Shown here: piece after piece, positions 48,037 through 57,359 of the stretch
Layout: each line of letters begins with the position of its first letter
Numbering within the stretch: the first letter of the stretch is position 1
NCBI GenBank assembly: GCA_030704615.1
Contig: CM060732.1
Span: forward strand, 46,624,001-46,688,000
Length of the DNA: 64,000 nt
Direction of reading: 5' to 3'
From: Takakia lepidozioides
Lineage: Eukaryota; Plantae; Bryophyta
The notes under the pieces: model-generated
What the model was told of the DNA's origin: nothing
The model's input: only the letters and a program-made list of their open reading frames with translations
The model's database searches: none
Position numbers and translations under genes: made by a program

Positions 48037-48309
48037 TGTGAATGGACTAGTGGCAGCCTAGTGATGGACTGGTGGCTGCACTAATGGTGGCTAGTGGCAG
48101 CCTAGTGGTGGACTCGTGGCTGCACTAGTGGTGGCTAGTGATAGCCTAGTGGTTGACTAGTGGCTGCACTAGTGGTGACTAGTGGTTGTCTAGTGGCAGC
48201 CTAGTGGTGCACTAGTGGTGCACTAGTGATAGACTAGTGTTTGGTGTGCACATATGTTGTGTGGTTTGGACAGCGATGTAGTTGTGTAGCGATATGTATG
48301 CGCACGACA
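48037..48309 (+). repeat. M1 terminal repeat A2
   Basis: TGTGAATGG...GCACGACA followed by the TSD TATT. Confidence 0.9.
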
Positions 48310-50854
48310 TATTATTCCATTACACCCCGGTAATGATCATCAAGCAACATTCCTTTGATCCAAAAATCTCTGTATTTCTAAATACTATTCTTGATGAAGG
48401 ACTATTTTTCGGAGGAGTCGTCCCCGACTCCCCATATCGGTCTTCTTGGAACGGCATCTGGGTCTCCTTCAGGGAGATTTGGAGTCCCATTAGGGTTGGA
48501 CTTCCACATCTTAACACTGGAGTTTGTAGGAAGTCACTCCGAATCAGTAGCTGACTTCTTGTACTTCATAACGGGCCAACCATCCGCATCCTTAAAAAAT
48601 CGAAAGACGTGCATCTTTGAGATCCCGACCAAAGCCTCTTTTCCATCAAGAATACAACCCTTAACAAACTTCTTGAAGTCGGGAACCTCCTGAATAATTT
48701 GAGGAATGAATTGCATATCTTGGGAGATCATGAATGACCTCATCAAATCCGGAAGAATGTAGGTGCTGCGTTCCTTTAGCTTATTCGAGAAATAGCTAAA
48801 GAATCCGTCAATATCCTCATGGGTGTACCCGACCATGAGAAAACCAAGCTAGATCTCTTCAAAGACATCTTTGGCAGTGAGGAGGGATATGAAAACAAAC
48901 ATCCATATGTTCTTATTGTCCTTGGAGGAGTTGTCCATCTGCAAATAAAGTCGTCTAGGAAGTGGTCGAGCACCACGTTTATCTTGCGGCCTGTAGGGGT
49001 TCAGAGCCTCCAAACATCTCAATTTACCTCTCATGAGCATTTCAAAAAAATCATTTTGAACTTCAGTATCAAAAATGTTCCTGGATTCCCGGCATGTCGG
49101 CTTTTCCAGTTGGCGCAGGCACCGAGCCAACGACCCAATTGTGAAGTGTGAATTGCCCTTCCAGAACTCAAGAGAAAATTGAGCGTAAGCTCCAATACCA
49201 TATCCGTGCGTAACCATTCATGTCAATGAGACAGACAACTGACCCAATCCTGAGACCATCTTGTTCGTCGTCTGTAGCCTCGGAATAGCTGTTTTTCTAT
49301 GATCCATCTTATCGTGAATAATACACAGGAACTCCTCCAGAATCATAACGGACTCATCCTCAGCAGCTATGGTACAGCCTTGACTCTTGCATGACTAAAT
49401 CAAGATGCCTCAAGCGTAAATCAAGCTACCCGCTAGACTTCTTGATCAAGTTCGCTTCTCCTCTTAATAGACTTCTTGATCAAGTCCTCTCGATTCTGTG
49501 CACTTAGCAAAGGTGCTTCCGGTTTTCCGAACCTCCACACGTGTTAGGAAATATTCGATTACGTATACAGCTTACAGCTGGCTGCGAGACTCCTTTCAAA
49601 CCGAGAAGTATGTTCGTTGCACCCCAACTCCCCAAAAATGTCAACGTCCACTGGGCAGTGGAGGTTCTACAAAGTAGAGACCACAGAAGGTATGATGGCA
49701 TCAACACGAATAAAATCAGCCCACATATTTTGAAAAATGAAAAGGGGGACAACGATAAAAGTAACCTCTCGTTGGACTCCTCTCGAATTCTCTTCCAGTT
49801 CATTTCGAGTGGCAAAACTCTCAAAGTATCCCGACGTCCCTCTCCAATGCAACGTGTTTTGTGAGACATAAGGTCAGTATGGATTGATAATGGACATAAT
49901 GTTCCCCTCTACCTAGAGTGTCCCTGGTCGAGGCCGCTTGACGCCACGATTTCCGTGGAAAGATGATAAACGGCCCTCTTTACTGAGCTTTTTGTACTCC
50001 ATGTACGTTGACCTTCCAATTCCGTGTATTATCCACCATGCTTTCTCACACAACATCAACACTTCTATCGTAACATACGACCTGCGCGATGCCCCTTCCA
50101 TGATGTGAAGTCGTTTTGAAACATTCAATCCAAGTTCTCTCATTCATCGAATGACGAACCCAAAATGCCAGTACGAATTACCAAGGTTTTTCTCCAATCA
50201 AAGTACTGACAGCACTGAGCCGGCTGCAGTAAGTTGTTGCTGCTCACCGACCTCACTTCCTCTAAAGTAAAAATTTTCTTGCACTTTTTTGAGTCCTCCA
50301 AATTGGATGGTTCTTTCTTCCTAGTAAAATGCCTATATAATGCTTTCTTCACGCCTCATCCTTCTCCTTGTCACTGCATGATCGCAGGAAATTTTTGAGA
50401 TCAACGGAGAGTATCCGGCCATTTTCAAGAAGTCTTGTTTTTGTTAACGGCCATTTCACAATGGACATCAGATAACCGGATTCTCCAAAGATTGTTTTGG
50501 TGACCAGAACCCAACATCGTCATCTCCGAGTTTGTCATTCAGAACGATCTCGTTAGGAATGCATGCCTGAATTCGGCCTTCGAACAGGGCGTTTCCGTCC
50601 TCACCAAGAAGAAGACACTGCAAGTTTCTCCAACAATCTCTCCCAAGACCTACAGCCGGATCCCCTTTAGTCTCATAGTTGGACGGAATGTCATTGCTTT
50701 TAGTGCTTTGTCCTTGATAATCATCTTCTTCTGTGATGGAATGACATACCGGGTTTCTTTGAGATGCTGAATCCACAGTTCCATGCGGGTGAACACAGGA
50801 GACGTCCCACACAACTTGAATCCCAATCGCCTCCTTCAATGTGTCAGCATCCAA
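48310..50854 (-). pseudogene. Sola-like (DUF7869-type) DNA transposase, 5' and catalytic part, fragmented
   Basis: CIIHDKMD, RLYLQMDNSSKDNKN, FLMVGYTHEDIDGFFS acidic triad motifs; probable intron at about 49668-49768; many stops and frameshifts. Superfamily name is from memory of the motif. Confidence 0.7.
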
Positions 50855-51599
50855 TGTAATCTTTTTATTAATTTTCAGATTTTAGAACTAGAGTTTAAGA
50901 TGATTTGAATAGTATTATATAAACTTGTGACCTCTATCATGTCAAACATGAACAAAGTTTTATTCAAATGTTTGAGAACTCAATCGACTTTCACGTCCAT
51001 GAAATTGTGGTAAGTAAAGGCTGATATATTAGAATTATCTGTTTAAGTAGAGGGGATGAAGGGTGAGTTAGGCCAGTTTGGCCAAAGACAGGCTAAAGTG
51101 CAATAAATGTCAGAAGAGCATGCGAGCAAAGTACAAGGGAAAAAAATAAAGGGACCAAACTCCAAATAGCATAGAAATGTGTTTACAACGCGTTTGATCT
51201 TGTATTTGGTTTTTGGCATCCCTCCTCGGGTACGTGGCGTAGCGTGGAACGAAGCAGACAGGGAGGCTTGGGCGGGGGCCACACTGTCATGAGGCTAACA
51301 TTTAGAGTGGGCCCGCTGCTGCAGGCTCACGTCCCTAGTTTCTCTCTTTTGGTTCTGCGTTTGCTCGACTTGGCGGATACGCGCAAGTGCCTACGGGAGG
51401 CATTGTGGGGATGTATCGGGGTGGAAGGGAGGGTGACTTAACGGATAACTTTATTATAACATAGAATCTGACTCCCAATATGACCATCGATTTGAGTCCT
51501 ACTTGATGTAGGAATAGATAATATTGCTTACAAAATTTGTTCGTAACTGGTTGGTTGCTTAACCATGAAGAGGTACGGTGTGTCGGATAGAACGGAGCC

Positions 51600-51760
51600 T
51601 CATTAGGGGTAGTTGTGGTTTTCATCACAAAAGATGTGGCCGCATCTACTTGATGATTTGCCTCACCAACAAGAAAACCTGATACCCTATTCCATGGGAT
51701 GTATGCCATATGCATAAGTTGGTGATGTGCACCCCCCTCCAAGTAGGTTGGCCTGAAGTC
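51600..51760 (-). pseudogene. Possible N-terminal fragment of a plant SWIM/MULE-derived protein
   Basis: AYIPWNRVSGFLVGE..AATSF resembles the A.IP..RV..F..GE motif of that family. Short and isolated. Confidence 0.35.
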
Positions 51761-51979
51761 GGTAAGTTAATCCAAGCTCCCATTCAAACGCAAATTATAT
51801 GTGTGAATGCATTAGGTGATGTAATTGATAAGTTGAAGGGATATATTGGTCTTGCTTCTATAATTACAAGTTGTAATGATCATCAAACCTTTATAATGTG
51901 TCCAAACAACTTAGAAATGTCCAAGAATTTAACCTCCCAACCTAAAGACCTGTCTTGCTACAAAGCAAAATAATATTAG

Positions 51980-53267
51980 AACCATCTACCCATGCAAGTT
52001 TTTTGTAGCTATCCTTCCACAGGGAATCGTAGGTAATCTGGAGCTTGAAATCCGGCCCTCGCATTCACCTTTTTTCTCCAGTGTCCCACCATTGACTGGG
52101 GTCAGAAAAGTGTTCGTTCCAAAGCTTGTCCTCATCTCTGTTATGTTTTTGGATACTTTCCTGCTGCCACATCGGCAGTAACTTATCAAAGTCACTCCAA
52201 ACGGGGATTGCTACTTTGTTAGCGATCAGCGATCAGCGATCAGTACGTCGTGGATACACGAAAAATTGGCCATGTGGCAAAGGGTCGTCCATTTTTTTTC
52301 TCGGGCTGCCCGTAAATCCAAAACTGAATGATAGTTGTTTTCCAGTAGGAAATGAACGAGAACAACACTATATTGCTTGTCAACATCGGATAACTAACAT
52401 TGACACCTAACAAGGTAAGATACAAAACCCTTTAATTATCACATAAGGCTGGCAAAGGTGGGGTATGAGTTGTGGACTTGAAGGACAACAGTCGTAGGCT
52501 AGATGGCCGTGGAGAACACCTTCGCTGGCCAAAGGTGGAGGATGAAGAAGATGATCGGGGTGAAGTTGGGAAAAATGAGAATTTTCGGGGTTTGTTTGTT
52601 TGTTTGTTTTGTTTTGTTTTGTTTTTTTTCGCTATATCATCCTCCACCTTCGATGGACGAAGGTACGGGTTGAAGTGGGGAAAATTGATATTTTTGGCTG
52701 GCTGAAATGTTGTCACTTCGTTAGTCAAAGGTGCAATTTTGGGAGGTTCATGGGTAGGGGCAAATGTTCGTGCTGACCTTCGTTGACCTTCGTCACTGAT
52801 GGAATTGAGCTGTTTACTGACAGAATAGGAGCTCTCACCAAACCACCACAGATCTATCCAACGAGCTAACTTACAGAATTCAATATGCATCTCAGGGCCG
52901 AGTCTGATGAGCAAAACAGGCTGAAATAGGTCGAAGAAGAAGGTGCCCTTACCACATTGTCCTTGACCTTGTGTCATAACCCATGGAGGATTTGACCGAC
53001 CATCAATCCAAAAGGACCTCTTGTGCGTGCTGCTTGTGTCTGTAGTTAGGTAATGTCGGATTGGTCTGAGAACCACCACGGTGCAGCTGAGCAGGTAGAG
53101 ATTGAAATGCGGCAGGTGCTAAGACCAAGCTCACTCTCCCAAAAACCTTGTAAACATCATGAAGAATACCAAATCATGGTACTAACGGAGCCAAGAGCCC
53201 ACCTTTGTAGGATAAACAAACTTCTTCACATTGTACATTAGAAAAAAACCACACCTTGCGACCGCAG
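51980..53267. repeat. Second copy of gene-like fragments also found inside the CACTA element
   Basis: 51983-52060 matches 12048-12128 and 13438-13516; 52860-52985 matches 13671-13798; 53118-53265 matches 15170-15318. Same order and orientation. Confidence 0.85.
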
Positions 53268-53859
53268 TGTGAAAGGAGAAAACCTAAGCAAACTTACACA
53301 CTAGTGTGAGTTGCAAGACATATAGTAAGTGAGTTGATTTTTCAACCAATCTCTAGATAAGCATGAATCTGAGCACTTTACCTAATATGTCTGCTTCTTG
53401 TATGTGATAGGCCGATTTTGCCCTCAACAATATGTATTGGTATTTTGTAGGGTTCCAATCTTAGGTTGATCTTTAATTGTGATCAGTATGTAAGAAGGAC
53501 ATTTCCTCTTACACAAGGCTTTTTTTTATGTGCAACTTGAAGCACTTCAACCGGGCGTCTATAAGAGTGTGAAGGAATATGACAACCGCTATTGCATGGG
53601 TGTAGGATTTGTTCGACCTTCTCTCTCACCCTCCATTTTTCTTGGTGGATTGTTCTTTTAACATATCTCAGCTGTCGTGCGCATACATATCGCTGCACAA
53701 CTACATCGCTGTCCAAAACCACACAACACATGTGCACACCACACACTAGTATCCACTAGTCCACCACTAGTCCAGCCACTAGTCCAACCACTAGGCTACA
53801 ACTAGTCAGTCACTAGGCTGCCACTATGCTGCCCACTATGGCAGTCACTAGTCCACACA
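53268..53859 (-). repeat. M2 3' terminal repeat: module A (53673-53859) plus unrelated module B' (53268-53670)
   Basis: Minus strand reads PPT-TGTGTGG...GCACGACA-GC-TGAGATATG...CCTTTCACA, then host fragment. Confidence 0.7.
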
Positions 53860-54119
53860 ATCGCCCCCCTAGCTGGTGCTTAGGTCCCTCTAAATCCAGG
53901 TAGCCACAAGATGTGATAGTGACCATAGCCTCACTAAGTCCTCCACCACTATCCCTACTACACTCAAACTCGATAGATCAAGAGGCCGGGTGCAAGAGTT
54001 GCCCCATCGTTAGTCGCCGTCTTGCAACCTGTGAACTTGAGCTTGGGATCTCATGTATTGACTCCTATGAGCTTGGCCTCCCATGTCTTATTAGCTGCCT
54101 CCAGTCATGTCCACTGCCA

Positions 54120-56340
54120 CTATCCCAAGCAGTGTGGACACAACCAATCTCCATCAGGAACCTTCTCAAGAGGTGATGTCAAGCATCCCATATGCCAACC
54201 CCTTGAGCATTGATCACACACCACCATGGTGGCTGCCCCTTTGGCAGACCCACAGAGCATGCACCTCAAACCTGCAGGTACCACTGCCAAGTTTGGGTCA
54301 ACTCTGCCATCGACATTGGGAAGGTGACATGGCGCACAATTACGCACATGGTCCTTCCAAGTCATGCCATCCCGACCCTCTAAGATCAGGACCCCTGAGG
54401 GCAACACCTCTCGAACCCTTAGAATAACACGCCCTGCAGTAACATCCAGAGTCGTAGGAGCAGTCTGCTGCAAATAAACATAGTCACCAGGGCTAAACCT
54501 CCAAACCCCAGGACGATATCCTCCACCACATATAGTGGCATACCTCAGCGTATCACGGTGCTGTGCAATGGCAAGTTTCTCAAAAGCCATGGGCATGATT
54601 TTCTTGAACAACTCTGCACGCTGATCACATGCACGTACCCACATGTCCGGATCGTCAAGGTTAAGGACTTGAGCAGTGTCCCTACGAATGGCTGCAGGCA
54701 AATCCGGCTCTCGGCCAAAGAGAGGAAATATGGTGAGAAGGATGCAAATGATGCTTGTTTGCCGAACCTGTAGCCCATGGCTAACCAAGGAACCTGAAGA
54801 TCCCAATCTCCTAGGTGTCTCTTCTGCAAGCCATACTTGCGCAAACCCCTCTTCACCGTCTGAACACTCTCTCTGCTAAGCCATCGGCCTCAGGATGATC
54901 CCGAGAAGTGGTGCGGTGGTCTATCAAGGCTTTATCACACAAAGCCTGAAACTCCCCCAAGAACTCTCTCCCTTGGTCCGTGAGTACCTCAGCTGGAGCA
55001 CCCAAACGGCTAAGCACACGATCCAAGAATGCATACGCAGCCCCCTCACTAGCCTTGTCAGGCAATGGAACCAACTCAATCCACTTGGAGAAGTGCTCCA
55101 CCATCACCAACACATATCTGTGGTGGCGCACAGTCAGTGGCAACGGTCCTGCGAAGTCAAGACTCCACCTGTAGCCCAATCCCATGATTGGTAAAGGATG
55201 CAACTGTGGTGTAGGGCGTTGAATGAAGCACGCACCCTGTCACACACCATGCACCTAGCCACGAACTGTTGCACCTATGTATGCATACCACGCCACCAAT
55301 ACTGCCCTTGCAGTAAACTGTGAGTGCGTCGCACTCCAAAATGCCCCAACTCCTCATGGGCATGCCGCACTAACCGTGCACGATGTGTGGGATGAGGCAC
55401 AATCCTCACCCGACCATCCTCCCACACTCGAAGTAGGTGTATCCCCTCCCACTTGAACCTCTTGGCTCGTTGCAGGATCCGATCCCTCTCCCTGGCAGTC
55501 AGAGTGGCTGCCGTGTCTCCCGTGCGGAGGTAGTCCAACACAGCCGAATCCTCATGTATATCTATGGCACCACCTGGCTCATCACTAGCCTCAGGGTCCT
55601 CAGACACTCCATCTACAATCATCCCTGTTGTAGGTCCAACCTGACTCCCGATGCCAAGATACACAAAATGCAGATGCGTGCCATCCCGACACCATCTCCT
55701 CGTCCGTCTCACCATGCCACCGAGCTCCTGTGTCATCCTGCTGGCTCATGCATGGATTGCGACTCAATCCATCCGCATCCCGATTGACCAAACCTGGTCG
55801 ATGCACAACTTGAAAGTCATACTCCTGGAGTATGAGTGCCCACCGTGCAAGCTTTCCCGTAAGCTTGTCTGACTCCATCAACCACTTGAGTGGCTGGTGA
55901 TCCGTGACAAGGGTGAAAAGATTTCCGTATAGATAGCACCTGAAGTGTGCCACGGCCCACACTGCAGCTAAGCATTCTCCCTCATATGAGCTGTACTTAG
56001 CCTCTGCAGCATTGTTCGAGCGGCTAGCATAAGCCACTACGAACTCTCTTCCTCATCATCCACCATGTGTGAGCACCGCTCCAAGCCCCAGCATGCTCCA
56101 ATCCGTATGCAGCTGAAAGGGACGCCCCCTGATAGGTCGTCTCAGGATAGGCGCCGAGGTCAATCTCGCCTTGAGCTCTTGAAAAGCTCGTTCCTGCTCA
56201 TCTTCCCACTGCCACTCCTGGTCCACCTTGGTCAGCTTGGTTAGAGCATTTGCAATGGTACTAAATCCCTTGACAAACCGTCTATAATAGTTTGCCAACC
56301 CCATGAAAGCTCAAACTCAGCTTACATCCGTGGGGCGTGG
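54120..56340 (-). pseudogene. M2 RNase H, integrase and intact PHD finger (several 1-nt frameshifts)
   Basis: CMLCGSAKGAATMVVCDQCSRGWHMGCLTSPLEKVPDGDWLCPHC is a complete C4HC3; DDE motifs intact. Confidence 0.93.
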
Positions 56341-57200
56341 AATTTGTGCAATGGCCTCTACCTTAGTCTGCTGTACCCCCAATCCTCTAGGATATATCAT
56401 GTGACCCAAATACTCAATCTGGTTGTGGAAAAACTTGCACTCCCCAGATGCAACTTCAATCCGTGCGCTCTCAAGCGCTCCAATACTACCTGAAGGTGTC
56501 TCTCATGCTCCTCCATCGTAACACTAAAGATGATGATGTCATCTATGTAGCACCGAGCAAAGTCCACCCCTACTAGAATCCTATCCATGACTCTCTGAAA
56601 CTCTGCAGGAGGAGCATTTTTAAGCCCAAATGGTAAGAACCGCCACTGATATAGGCAATCCTTGCCGTGCTCATTGATCCCCCAGAATGTCGTCTTCTGC
56701 TTGTCCGCCTCCTTGATTGGCAACTGGTGATATCCGGATCGTAAATCCAAAGTGCTAAAGGCCTTAGCATGCCCGATGGCATCAAAGATCTCATCTGGTG
56801 TTGGCATGGCATACTTATCGGACTTGGTCTGACGATTTACAGACCGGTAATCACCGCACATACGTCTCTCCATCCAATTGCCATAGACATCCTTCTTGGC
56901 TGGCATCACTGTGGCTGAAGCATACTCTCCACCAAACCTGCCTCCCAGAGATCTTGAGTCCTCATATGAATCAAAGACCTCTCCATGTCACTGTATCTAT
57001 AGGGTCTCCGAAAGATTGGCGTGTCAGTGGCCAACTCAATACGGATCTCTTGACCCTTCAGTGCTCCCAAGTCCTTCAAACTGAAGGCAAAGCAATTCCT
57101 GTAAGCCCTCAGGAACCGCCGTATACGTCGTCTCTCTCCTCTGGTGACAATGGGTCCAATGTCAGGCTCCCAATTGTCCTCCGTAACTGCAACCTTAAGT
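56340..57200 (-). pseudogene. M2 reverse transcriptase
   Basis: RMCGDYRSVN, DLRSGYHQ, LPFGLKNAP, CYIDDII. Confidence 0.93.
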
Positions 57201-57359
57201 CCAGTGGGCTTAGAGGTAGAGGACGCTCCAGTGGTTGCTATGTTGCAACCTCATGAGCAGTACTCCCTGCCTGCTCAGTCAATGACAATGCCTCATCCTG
57301 CCCTATCATCTCATCCTTGAGGACCTCCTCAACCCGAGAAGAATCCCCAACCTCATCCA

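Larger units (their letters stand above)
23835..48309 (+). mobile_element. Ty3/gypsy element M1 encoding a DNMT3-like C5 methyltransferase and a PHD finger, with split terminal repeats B...A-B-A; contains nested G2 and an internal inversion
   Basis: TG..CA ends, 4-bp TSD TATT (23831-23834 and 48310-48313), flanks rejoin in frame. Gag, PR, MTase, RT, RH, IN and PHD motifs present. Confidence 0.9.

Noticed and set aside
47478-48309. CRISPR-like appearance of the short repeat arrays
   Set aside because: No unique spacers, no cas genes, eukaryotic context.
23835-48309. Classification as a DIRS/Ngaro/PAT element because of split repeats and a methyltransferase
   Set aside because: No tyrosine recombinase. 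It has a protease, DDE integrase, PPT and TSD, and the MTase is C5-type rather than the DAM-like domain of DIRS.
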